Positions 25,400 to 38,399 of a DNA stretch of 64,000 nucleotides are shown here, piece by piece. The position numbers and the translations under genes are program-made. The notes below the pieces were generated by a model that was not told the DNA's origin, made no database searches, and worked only from the letters and a program-made list of their open reading frames with translations. Origin of the DNA: Eledone cirrhosa (taxonomy: Eukaryota); the NCBI GenBank assembly GCA_964016885.1, contig OZ024742.1:269514001-269578000 (forward strand), written 5' to 3'. Position 1 is the first letter of the stretch, and every line of letters starts with the position of its first letter.

Positions 25400-26112
25400 G
25401 CCGACGCATACATTAAGAATGTATTTCGGTCCAATTGCGAAAGTAACAAACACGAAGAAAAATACACCAATTACAAACACAGCCGCAGCAACAACGACAA
25501 CATCCTAACCAACCAGAAAACATAGGAAATATTCTTTTGACGAATAAGCAGCATAATGCAGTATATATAATGCAGGATACGTGAAAGGAAATCGAAAAGT
25601 TATTTTTGTATGAAAAAGCAAATTAAAATAAAGAATGCGATATTAATACGAAAACACTTTCTATCAACACCATCTCAGTAAATGGAATGGAAACTGTATT
25701 GATTTTTAAGGTCACATGACGAAGAATTTAGCTGAATTAAATAAGTGCAGGTTGGTATCGGGTGAAATACGATTACTGAAAAAAGAACGTAGTGCGTGCG
25801 GATGTAGTTCTAATTATCAATATTTATATCTGACAATCAATGAATAATTCTAGCTACGTACGTAGTAACACGAGGTAGTCTATTTTCAATAGGGATACAA
25901 CGGTAAGTGCGTATTCTACGTGCACGTTATGTGTGCATGAATGAGTGGATGTGTATATATAAGTGCGACTGTGTGATGTTTTGATTTATTCCTGAGATTG
26001 TGTTAAATACACATGAACTCATAAGTATATATATATATATATATATATTAATAATATTAAGTGAGAAGACCAAACTCCAAAACAGCGATTGTTTGCTTAA
26101 CATTTTATGTTA

Positions 26113-26166
<54 letters not shown>

Positions 26167-26194
26167 CGTGTGTGTGTGTGTATATAATAGGATA

Positions 26195-26450
26195 AGACTC
26201 CATTCGGTCACAAACGCCTATAGTATCTCGTCCTGGACAGTGTACCTTCGAGGCACAAGTCCAAGCATGTTTGTGTGTGGAAGACCAGCAGTCGGCCATG
26301 CATACCACCCACCTTTCTCCACACGACCGATGTTGTGCAAGGGAAATAAATGACAGATATATATTGGTACCACTGACGTCGCAACTCATATCTACAGCTG
26401 AGTAAACTGGAGTAACATGAAATAAAGTATCTTCCTCAATGGCACAACGC
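26195..26450 (-). mobile_element. SINE body fragment (same family as 51555-51670)
   Basis: Minus strand tgcgttgtgccattgaggaagatactttatttcatgttactcca matches tgcgttatgtccttgagaaagacactatatttcacgttgctcca at ~51630. Confidence 0.55.
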
Positions 26451-26455
26451 ATTTC

Positions 26456-26488
<33 letters not shown>

Positions 26489-26490
26489 TA

Positions 26491-27420
26491 GTGGTGGAAC
26501 ACTGGAAAGTAATATCCGTAGTGGTAGAGCACTCAGTCCAAAGGACGAGTTAGGTAGAAGTGGTTACACAACAGTTAGTTCACCATACCGAGAACAATTG
26601 TTTCACCTTCGCGGATCTTCAGCTAGGGATGTGTATGGTTATAGGAACAGGAAGGACAGCCGTACGAACGCGCATGCGCAGAAACTCGGTCACTTCACAC
26701 AGGCAATACTAGACTGCGTGCGGGAGGTGTAAGGGAGATAACTACGAAAGTCCGGAAAGTTTTTAGGTTGAAAATAATACAAAAACATTTAAAAATAAAA
26801 TTAAAAAGAATCAGTCCGGAGCCTTGTAGTTATGCAATAGATGTTTGGTGACGTGTGGACATCGTGTGAAAAATTCACTGTCGTGTTTAGGCAATCACTA
26901 TTGCGTAATCTCTTTAGGATAGTTATTCGTTCGTCAATACATAAGCCACACGTCGGATTTCCCCTTGCGTATGGCTTGGACTTAGTGATGGCTTTCCATA
27001 GAATGGAGTAGCCTATACTTGAGTCCTTGAGGGAACATACATGGCTCGCTAGTTTCGTGGATGAACGTCTGTCCGGGTATCTGAAGGTAGACTGGTAGTT
27101 CAGGAAAAGCTCCTTGAATCGGCCCTCCGCCATGCCCACATTGGATTTTACCTCCTGTGGTTCGTTTGGTCGGTTGGAAGTGACCATAACTTCATAGATT
27201 GCAGCTGGTGTGTTGCATTGCTGTTGAAGGGGGCAAGCCTCAGGCTTACGGCAAGAGCACCCTGGTGGGGTGTTGCTCCTAGGGCTGCTGGTGATGTGGA
27301 CCTTCATGTTCTTAGTGCAGGAGTATCCTAGTTTAACTTTGTGTCCGTTGAAGATGGAGCGGTATTTATGACCTATGGGGAAGTGTCTATCTAAGAGGGC
27401 TAGACATTTCTAAACCCCAC
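26491..27420 (-). mobile_element. Penelope-like element, 3' part (GIY-YIG endonuclease, 3' region with HHR) ending in (TA)n
   Basis: ORF 26801-27307: CSCRKPEACPLQQQC..AAIYEV..NVGMAEGRFK..YSILWK..CGLCIDER. Confidence 0.85.
26588..26627 (-). ncRNA. Minimal type I hammerhead ribozyme motif
   Basis: Minus strand cctag-CTGAAGA-tccgcgaaggt-GAAA-c-aatt-g-T-T-ctcgg. Palindromic loop III, stem I 4/5 paired, stem II weak, GUU triplet. Confidence 0.65.
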
Positions 27421-27474
27421 CAGGGTGCTCTTGCAATCCTTGTGACAATCACTTTTACCATTATATATAATTAA

Positions 27475-27567
27475 CCCCTGAGAAGCTCGGCTATTCATAT
27501 ACCAGGATAACAATTTTCATTTAGTCCAGAATTAGCCGTCGAAACGGCTTGAGCTCAGCTGACGGGG
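27475..27567 (+). ncRNA. Hammerhead-like motif in the 5' pLTR (stem III and cleavage triplet mutated)
   Basis: ccc-CTGAGAA-g..cggcta..tagccg-tc-GAAA-cggc-ttgagctca-gctg-ac-gggg. Confidence 0.5.
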
Positions 27568-29836
27568 TCCTACTCGTTCCTATTACCCACTCTACTACCC
27601 TAAGTACTTTGGTGCGTTATGGTCCACTTGGTTCCTTACCACATTTCCTTCGTTATCTAGCTCGTTTTCCCGTAGTAGAGCACTTTCCGACCCTACCACG
27701 CCGTATCCAGACTTTTCCGCTAAGCTCAAGTTCTTTCACCCGCACCATGCGAAAACACAACATCGACTTCTCCACCAAGTACATTCCAGTTCCACCGAAA
27801 AAACTTTACCTTCGGATGCTCACGCAAAAAATCGACCTTTTTGCGAAAAGATATAGATGGAGAACTTTTTTCTACGACAGATATTGCGACAATCAGGACT
27901 TCAGTACCAAGGATAGATTCGGATTTAGTACCTATGAATCTCCCCCTCCGAACCCTATGCTCTCACCCTTCGTAAAATGACCTTTTCCAACTGGTCGAGA
28001 ACATTAAATTCAAACCCAGACACAGCCGATTCCTACAAAAACTCCGTCGCAACTTAACAGAGTATGATAACACCAATGACATCATGGTGCACTCGGATAA
28101 ATCTGGTAACCTCTACTTCGTCAACCCCGACAGATACCACACACTGATCAGGAGCAGCCTAATCTCCACCTATATAAAGGCTAACCACTCTTGCACCGAG
28201 GACATAAATTGAAATGGACAACAAATTACCTCCAGCCTCGTGATCGCCGACCGCACGGAACCCCTAGACCCACGGACACCCTACTTCACACTGAAGGACC
28301 ACAAATCCGATTTCGACCGTAAACCATCTATCAGGCTTATAAACCCAACGAAGTCCGACATAGGGGGAATCAACAAAAAAAACCTAGACCGCGTTATACC
28401 AAAAGTTTAGCAACACGCCAGACTTAGCATATGGGTCAACACCCAGGAAGTAATCTCATGGTTCAGCAATATGGAAGACAAACATCCAGTTTGACATAGA
28501 GTTACTATGCTTCAATTACCTTACCGCTACTTACGGCTGCCTTGGACTTTGCCGAAACACTTGCGCCCATCACCGATCAGGAAAGGAACATCATCCTTCA
28601 CGCCAGGAAGACAGTCCTACTCTTCGACAACTCCAAATGGATAAAGAGAGCTCCCGACTCACCCTTCGACGTCAGCATGGGCGCGACCGATTCGGCTGAT
28701 GTTACAGATCTTATAGGATTATTCCTACTAGTTAAACTCACCGATATGTTTCCTGCATTCGGCGCTGGATTGTACCGTGATGATGGGCTCCTTATCCTTA
28801 AAGGGTACAACCCCAGTAGTACAGACCGGGTCCGTAAACAATTAATCAGCTTCTTCCGCGACTGGGGATTTAAAATAACCCTACAAACGTCCCTGACCCG
28901 AGTAAACTTCCTGGACGTTACTCTTGACCTCGATAATGATCTGTACTACCCATACAGGAAACCCAACGACAACCTGCACTACATCCACCGCCGGTTAAAC
29001 CATCCTAGGAACATCATCAATAACCTGGTTAAAAACATCTCCCTCCGCATATCTCGTTTGTCCGCTAATGAGCAGATGTTCGAGAACATGCGCCTTATTA
29101 CAACCAGGCCTTCAAACGGAGTGGTTTCCGGGAGGAAATATCCTACTGTCCAGCTTCCATTAGCGGAACCAGCAAGCGACACCGCCGCTCACGCAATGTA
29201 ACATAGTTCAATCATCCCCACAACGCCGATGTGACAACTCCTATCGGGAAAATCTTCTTTAGGCTCATTGAAAAACACTTTCCACTACAACACTGCTACC
29301 ACAACATAATTAACAAAAATACCATCAAACTCTCCTACAGCACCACACCAAACTTTGCACAAAACATCGTATCCTCTAACAACAAAAAACTCAACCCCTA
29401 TGTAAGAAATAAACTAAATAGCAGTTAAAATGGTCTCATTATAATTTAATTCCCTCCCACCTAGTAAACTTTTCTATAGTTTAGCAGTACCAGTGAGAGA
29501 CTTGATGACTGTCGTTAGGGAATAGTAACCAGAAATTGTTTGTTTTATACTTTTAACATTCTCGGTATTCTTCTATATATTTACCCTATATTGTTTTACT
29601 TATTGTTTCGTCTTCGTCCCCCTCCCCCTCCCTAGTATACTTGCTTGACCTCCTGCCCTGCTGTAGTTGGCACTATCAACGCACGACTGGGTTTCCTCCA
29701 CCCCCTCTCCCTCTTACTTCTACTGGCAGGTTCAGCTACCCCTTCCTTCCACAAATTGCCATGATAAAAGTATGTGTCTCAACAACAAACGTTTGACCAA
29801 TCCTTGTGACAATCACTTTTACCATATATGGAATTA

Positions 29837-29931
29837 TCCCCTGAGAAGCTCGGCTATTCATATACCAGGATAAAAATGTTCATTTAGTCCAGAATTAGCC
29901 GTCGAAACGGCTTGAGCTCAGCCGTCGGGGA
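29837..29931 (+). ncRNA. Hammerhead-like motif in the 3' pLTR with a non-canonical CUGAGAA core
   Basis: tccc-CTGAGAA-g..cggcta..tagccg-tc-GAAA-cggc-ttgagctca-gccg-TC-gggga. GUC triplet; palindromic TGAGCTCA in loop III. Confidence 0.62.
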
Positions 29932-30023
29932 CCTACTCGTTCCTATTACCCACTCTACTACCCTAAGTATTGAGTACTTTGGTGCGTTATGGTCCACTTG
30001 GTTCCTTACCACATTTCCTTCGT

Positions 30024-30790
<767 letters not shown>

Positions 30791-30842
30791 AATGAAATAT
30801 ATGGAGAATAGAAATGGCTGTGTGGTTGCTATTTAAGTTAAC

Positions 30843-30990
30843 TTTAAATGCAGTGGGTATACGAAGAAAGCAAGAGCAGAGGGGGGAGGGTTCTCATCAG
30901 TTGTCTACTGGGGTCTAGACCCCCAGTAGACAACTGATGAAGAAAGCTTCCCCCCGTTCTTGCTTTGCTCTTATTCTCACTCCATTTTAA
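30843..30990. repeat. Fold-back inverted repeat (~70-bp arms) between (TA)n tracts
   Basis: Core tcatcagttgtctactgggg-tctagac-ccccagtagacaactgatga; outer arms are diverged but alignable. Confidence 0.85.
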
Positions 30991-31015
30991 GCTACATATA
31001 TTTATATATATATAT

Positions 31016-32968
31016 GATGACGATGATCATGATGATGATGACTCCTGTCCCCTCGTTATCGAGTATGCCCATATGTATATATTAATAATTAACAGTGCTA
31101 CGATCGCTTGTGGCTCTTTAACCCAGCCATGATCTTAAATGTATTGCACAGAGTTGGCAAACATGATAAAATATTCACTGCCAATAGCCGGATGTGGGTT
31201 GCTCGTCACGTATTTTTGCATATCGTTTGAGCCGTCCTGCTGATCTACACTATTTTCCATATGCTTGACAGGTATGATGGGTATCATCTCCGAGAGCAAC
31301 TTGGTAATCAACCACTGGCCTCAATTTATGCATGCGAAGATGACATTTGAGTTCAGCTCTTCTGAGGCAGAGTCTCGCAAAGAGGCTTCATGTCAGTGCC
31401 ATAGGAGGAGGACCTTCGCTGTCTGGCAATGTCACAGCAATGCCTTTCCTGACATCCCGTTTTACTTCCTTGTATGCAATTATAGATGCTGCATCAGCAA
31501 TTCTCCTATCATATACAATATTTTACCATTCACTACGATCAGCAGCTACGCTTTCTCATATATCAGCAGAGATGTTAGCGTCTTTCAATGAGGTTTTCAA
31601 CGAATCCGTATAACCCTTTTTGGGGTTATGTGGAGGTCGTTTTCCTTTAACTAACTCTCCATAAAATAATTGTTTTGGTATCCTAAAATCCTCCAGCCTG
31701 GTGAAATGACCATTCCATCGTTGACTTTGCTTAAGCACAAGAGATTCTATGCTTTTACACAGAGAGCTTTTCAAAATACCGACATCAACGTTGTGGTCCC
31801 TGCAGTGAATGCCATGGATCCGTCTGAGACACATGTGATGGAAACGTTCCAACTGTTTGAGGTTTTGTCGATATGTGACTTCGTCTCGCAGGAATAAAGA
31901 AAAGAAGAGACCACACATTCCGTGTTCACCTTTACCTTTGTCTTCTTGCTTATGTTTCGCCGACCCAAGAAGCGCCTTTCTAGCTTTCCGAAAGCATTAC
32001 TTGCTTTCCTAATCCTGTGTGGAATTTCATTATCTAGATTGCTGTATTGATTGACAGTGCTTCCCAGGTAGACAAACTGATCAACCATTCCAAGTTGTTT
32101 ACCATACACATAGATATTTGATTCATTGTGCTACCTACCAGGGGCAAGTTGATACTTCACAACGGTTTTCTTTGGACTGACAGTCAATCCTAGGGCAGTA
32201 CATGTATCAGAAAATGCATTCAAATGATGTTGCATATCAGTTTTTGTGTGTGCTACAAGATCGCAATCATTTGCATACAAAAAGGTCTCTCAAGCTAGAT
32301 GTAAATACTTTTGTTTTAGCAGCAAAGCGCCTGGCGTTAAATATGCTGCCAGAGGTTCGATAGTAGATGTAAACAACATGCTTGCAATTCCTGAATGAAA
32401 TATAGAAAACCATCACAAAGTATATTGCAGGTAGGGTTGGTGCTGGAATATCCCCCTTTTTCACTGGGATATGCTCTGATATTATCCCAAGCTTTCATGT
32501 CATTATGAACAGACATAACCAAAACAGGGAACTTATCAGGGCAACCATGCCTCCCACATTGCATTTCTGTTGAGAGTATCGAAAGTTTTTATCAGATCGA
32601 CAATAACATGATACAGTCCAAAACCCTGTTCCACGCACTTCTCTTGAAGCTGTCTAGCTAAGAAGATTGTATCAGTAGTGTCGCGTCCAGCTGGAAAACA
32701 GATTGACTTTCAGGAAGAACACAATCTGCAATGTGTGTCAACAGACAGTCTAGCACCCTCATACATTTTTTCGTGCGACTGCATATCTCCAGTCTTCAGG
32801 TACTGATTCAGTAGTCTATATCTTGCCACCCAAAATGGGAATATGTCGTAGAAGTTTCTCATGACCATATTGAAAGAGATGTGATTGTATGCCATCCATA
32901 CCTAGAGACCTTCCACTGTTCAGCTTCGAGAGAGCTAATGTAATTTCTTGTAAAGTCGTTGGTTCTGC
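31016..32968 (-). mobile_element. RTE-clade LINE, 5'-truncated and decayed, with three C-terminal C2H2 remnants and a (CAT)n tail
   Basis: KLNSGRSLGMDGI, FVYLGSTV..RIRKASNAFGKL, LERFHHMCLRRI and RIPKQLFYGEL are typical of RTE. Tail atcatcatcatgatcatcgtcatc on the minus strand. Confidence 0.85.
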
Positions 32969-32969
32969 A

Positions 32970-33012
<43 letters not shown>

Positions 33013-33017
33013 TATAT

Positions 33018-33056
<39 letters not shown>

Positions 33057-33060
33057 TGTG

Positions 33061-33109
<49 letters not shown>

Positions 33110-33112
<3 letters not shown>

Positions 33113-34320
33113 CTTCAGCCACCGCGCAACCGACTGAACCTGAAAGGATTTCCTGGACTTCTTCACCGACATAGGATTCTAGATTACAATGCAGCACCAA
33201 CCGAGTTCATCGGACTTGCGACGTTACACAGAGCCTCGATGCCGGACTAGACATCTTTATAGGAAGCCAAATGAGACCCTCTTTTATATCAACAGGAACT
33301 CCAACCATATCTGTTCCATAACCAATAATCTATCTAGAAACGTCTCCATTCGCATCTCCCGATTGTCTGCGACCGAACAGATCATCAAGGAGCACGCACC
33401 CTATTACGATGATGCCCTCCGACACAAGAGATTTAACCAAGACATAACATTCGTTGGACCCCAAGAGGCACACAATCGCCGCCGGAAGATGACAATTAGT
33501 TTCATGAAGCATAACCCACCCACAATGCGGAAGACGCATCACAACCCGCTACAATCTTCTTCAGGATGATCCGTAAGAACTTTCCACCACAACACCGGTA
33601 GTCAGGATTTTCAATAAAAGTTATGTAAATATAGCACAAAGTATCCTTCGATTTAACAGGAGAAAATTAAGCAGACACAGGTCCCATGTTCCTACTAACC
33701 CAACACCAGAACAATACTGCAATTGCCCCCACTGGAAGTAGTGCCTCGTGTGTTCCAATTGTCTAACTACCAATGTAGTATACAAATGCGAGGTCACCAC
33801 CAGCATACGTATACAAGCATAGATAGGTATGACAGCTAACACCTTCAAATCCCGATGCACGCAGCACCAATATTCATTCGGAAACCCGGTTCGTAAGAAC
33901 ACAAGTCTTTTCAGCCAATTCTGCCGGCTACACGAATATATAATGCCCTATCAACTATGCTGCCCCAACATTACCAGCTCCCTACCCTACCCAGGAATGG
34001 GAGCCCCTGTATCTTGTGCTTGGTCGAAATACTTTCTACACTGTTCGACAGCGTTATATTAATAAATAAAGTGTCTGAACTAGTCACCAAAATGTGCAAG
34101 ACAGACAAAAACAGCACTGGCCTCTGGCAAGATATATTTACCACTGTCTGTCCCAACAATTTCTCCATCAGAGAAGTTTACTACCAAGATAATTTCAACA
34201 AAAGCACTGCGAAACCAGTGATCTATTATTTCATGCCCTGCAATTTTTTTTTATTACACCCTCGTAAATGCTTGCCGAACACACCAGCCGAAACTACTTG
34301 GCGCTGTGGTTGGAATTTCA
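33110..34320 (+). mobile_element. Decayed Penelope-like element (RT C-terminus and GIY-YIG)
   Basis: LYRKPNETLFYINRNSNH, SIRISRLS, CNCPHWK*C..NVVYKCEV..IGMTANTFKSR. Confidence 0.8.
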
Positions 34321-34461
34321 CATCTCACTCTCTCTCTCTCTCTTTTTCTTTCTCTTTCCCTCTCTCTTTCTCTCTATAGTTCTCTCTCTCTCTCTCTATT
34401 CTTCTTATACATAAACACAAAAACACACACACATAAACACACGCACGCACGCACACACACA

Positions 34462-34563
<102 letters not shown>

Positions 34564-34929
34564 TGGAAAATGTGTGAAATCATTGGTAGTTATGTATATT
34601 TGAGGAAAGGGGAAAATGACTTCACTTGTAGTTCTAAACAATTTAATTTTATATTACAATTTTACGACTTTGCTATGTCAATTTAGTAAGTTCATTGTTA
34701 ACTTCGGTGGGAAGTTTTTTTTTTATTTCCGGTTAACTTTCTGCAGAATTTATTCGCATTTTTACGTGGCCATTGTCAAACTGATCTAAACTTACGTTGC
34801 GATGTGTGACTCTACATCTAAGAGATTTATGTTTGACTGGTAGGTGTTAATGAGGATGGAAGTGAAGGAGTGTTCATGAATATTTAAAGGAATAAAAGGA
34901 TATATATTCAAATAATAAAAGAATACAGT

Positions 34930-35600
34930 AAATAGTACAAGCCACCTATATTAATAACAACTGGAATCATTATCCAGACGACAGCTTTATCTTCTGGATT
35001 AGAAGCCAGGAAACCTGCAAAGATTCCATTCCATCATGAACAGGCTTCATGAAGCAGTACAATTTACAATGGAATGTAATAAGAACGAACTATGGATTTT
35101 GGATATCCTTATCTTTAAAGAAGTGGGATATATCAAAACAGACTTATCTTACAAACCCATAGACACACACCGATACTTGCATTTCCGATCATCACCACCT
35201 TCACATACCAAAAGGAAAATGTCCTTTAACATAACAAGACGAATTTGCACCATCGTAAAACACCCCACACTACAGGTTTATACAAACTAAAAGCGTTCCC
35301 CAAAAGACACGTATGTCCGGTGAACCTCATCAATACGGCCATTTCCGAGGCCCAAAACATTCTCAGTGACAACACAGAGAAAAAGAAACCAACAAAATAA
35401 CTGGGAAAAAGCAGTTATCCCTTTTGTCGTAACTCACAATCCAAGGAGCTTCAACCGATTCTCCGGCAGTCCCTGAAAATGAATGCACCCATAAAGACTC
35501 GCAAATAATATATAGTTGACTCCAAACACCCCCCCCCCCCTTCCCAACCTAAAAAATGCTTAGCGAGGCGCAATATACGATTGACAACGAAACAGGTCTA
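34930..35600 (+). mobile_element. Decayed Penelope-like RT fragment of a second lineage (Poseidon/Neptune-like)
   Basis: WNHYPDDSFIFW, VQFTME, LDILI, YKPIDTHRYLHFRSSPPSHTK..RRICTIV. Confidence 0.75.
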
Positions 35601-35925
35601 CATGACTAAATTCGGGTCCATAAACAACAAATTAGAGACCCCTCTTTCAGAATCACCACATGCAGTGGACACTTCGCATCATGCGGGGAGGGAAAATTAA
35701 CAATCTTCCCCTTCTTTAAGATATGGTCGGACAACGAACATTTCCGGAAATATAAAGAATAATTATTCATTAGAAAGTACAGACAGCTATTAAATAGAAC
35801 AAAATTATATTCCATCTTCCAGTAATGTGATACTTTTTTTTTAAAAATCGCATATTGAAAAAAAACAAAACAAATATCCAAATAGAGGTGGATGACACCT
35901 ACACTTTCAAACATTCGGTCATTGA

Positions 35926-35976
35926 AGTTAGTGAAATGGCTGTGTACCTCGGAGGTACACTGCCATTTCACTAACT
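35926..35976. repeat. Near-perfect 51-bp palindrome
   Basis: agttagtgaaatggc-t-gtgtacctc-g-gaggtacac-t-gccatttcactaact. Confidence 0.9.
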
Positions 35977-36548
35977 CTATCCCCATCTAAAGTATAGGTG
36001 AACTTAAATACTTCAGTAGATAGGTATGGATATATACAGTTTTGTGTGGATAGAGATATGTCCTTGCACATGTATGCACGCTTATGTGTATGAGTAAATA
36101 TAGATATGTATGCATATGTGCATCTGTAAGTAAAAGTAGATAAATCCGTGTTTATTTGTATATATGTGTGTTTGAATGTAAGTTTATATGTATGCATATC
36201 TACGAATCTACATGCATATGTGTGGGTGTGGAGCTAGACGCAGGTCCTCGTGTTTAACTTCATATATATGAATATATATGTGGTTAAAAATTCTGTATAA
36301 ATTTATTTCTGCATATATGTATGTACCTATGTGTGCACATGAATGTATGAAGATATAAATATGGGTGTGTATATATGTGTGCATGCTTGTTTGTACGGAC
36401 AAACATATGTGTATGTAAATATTTGTATGCATGTATATATATATATATATATATTAAAATAACAGATTAAAGTTTAAGCAAATAATCGCTTTATTGTAAT
36501 AAATATTTGCTCTACGGTTCTTATATATTTTATATATAATTGTTTCCA

Positions 36549-36721
36549 CTTTTGGCACAAGGCCATCAAATACCCAGTACATTACTGGTACTTTATGTTA
36601 TCGACCCCGTAAGGATGAAAGGCAAAGTTAACCTCGGCGAGATTTGAACTTAGACCGTAAAGGGACGTAACTATGCTGGAAAGCATGGCGTTCGATCCTC
36701 CACCGATACTGCCAATCCACC
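36549..36721 (-). mobile_element. tRNA-derived SINE (octopus OR-like), copy 1
   Basis: A box tggcagtatcgg and B box gttcaaatc, then gccgaggttaactttgcctttcatccttacggggtcgata. Three copies in the window. Confidence 0.8.
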
Positions 36722-36773
36722 AATGATCCTTATCCAGCCGCCTTTGGATTTTAGTCTTCACATTTATTACTAT

Positions 36774-36834
<61 letters not shown>

Positions 36835-38399
36835 TATATATATATACAAATATATATATATATGTGTGTGTGTATGCGTGTACTTTTATGTATATACAAG
36901 GATAATGTGTGAGTGTATGTGTGTGTGTAAATATATGGGTATCTATGAACTCGAACATGTGTATGGGTTGTATGTATGTTTACATGTAGGAAAGTAAATA
37001 TGTTGGCTATTATGAGGCCCCGCTCACCTTCTCCTCCAGACCAATAACAACAACTTACATCTATCTCAACAAAAATTCCAACATCAAACTTCATCACCTT
37101 TTTCTATTTGTTTTTATCTTCTCATCAAAAGTTATGTATCTTACACCTCATAAATCCTCCCCAACACACACACAGAAATTCATCTTTGTCTTACATCCTT
37201 AACATAGACAATTGTTGCAGTTCTTTATAAATTATAAAATAGTTTATTAAATAGCCATTAACTTTACATTCTAGGGAACAAATCTGACCATCACATCCGA
37301 AAATCTTACCCCTAACACCCACAAATCCACTCTCAATCAATCATCTTGCTTTTACTATTTACTATTTTCTATCCGATTTTTGTATATATATTATTTCATT
37401 CCTTTTAATGTTCATTAACATCCTTTCACTTCCATCATTATTAACACCACCAGACACACCCAAATCTATCACGGTACATCTTTAAATCAGTTTGAAAATC
37501 TCCATCGACTAATGCTATAAAGTTCCGCAGAAAGTTTACCAGGAATCTTAAAAAAACTTCCCACCGAAGTTAACAAAGAACTTACTAGATATACATAGCA
37601 AACTTGTAAATTCTTAATATTGACCTCTTCAGACAGCTAGAACTTGAACAGAAAAAAAAACAGAAAAACATAATGGTAGAAAAAAGATTATCTCCGTTAT
37701 TTGGGCTCTGTCCCGAAGTATGGGGTTGTTTTCTCAAAGAACTGGTGGCATATGACTCAGAATGGACGAATTCCAGCATCAGTAGAATTTACCTTCCTCT
37801 CATTGGCCAGATAATATCTTGACACGCCAATACGAAGTCTATTGAATTTCGTAGGTCAGTCTGCTAGGGTTGTTTTAAACAAACAACTATAATAACTGCA
37901 TATACCTAGAAAATAGGTGGTTTTTTGGTCTAGGTGACCTAGTTGACCTTAGTGGCAATAGTGTAAATATGTTAGTTACTACAACACCTCATTTTGCGGT
38001 AGTGTTGGGATTGTTTTTGAAAAGTTCACGTATGTAACCAGATATGGTTTCATTTGGGAATGATTATGCTTATCAATATTAAGACTCCTGTTAGGAGGAG
38101 TTGTTAAAATTATAACTGTAGATGTTTAAAATTATAATCGATGTTGTAAACATGTAATACACACCTATCTACGCACTTACACACGTACACACAAATATAT
38201 ATATATACATGACACAGACACACACGCATATATCTATACATACACGTATATCCACGTATAAACATATCTATGTACACACATCTGTATATACACACACACA
38301 TATAAGCACATGCAGACACATACCTATATACATACGGGCATACATAGGCACATATACACCCTTTAGAGGGGTCAAAATAGAAATACTAGGTGAGTCTTA

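Noticed and set aside
30930-30960. CTGATGA as a hammerhead core
   Set aside because: No stem II or stem III arrangement follows it.
37790-37865. Possible minus-strand exon (QTDLRNSIDFVLACQDIIWPMRG) with AG/GT ends
   Set aside because: It is short, has no recognisable homology and no partner exons; it could arise by chance.
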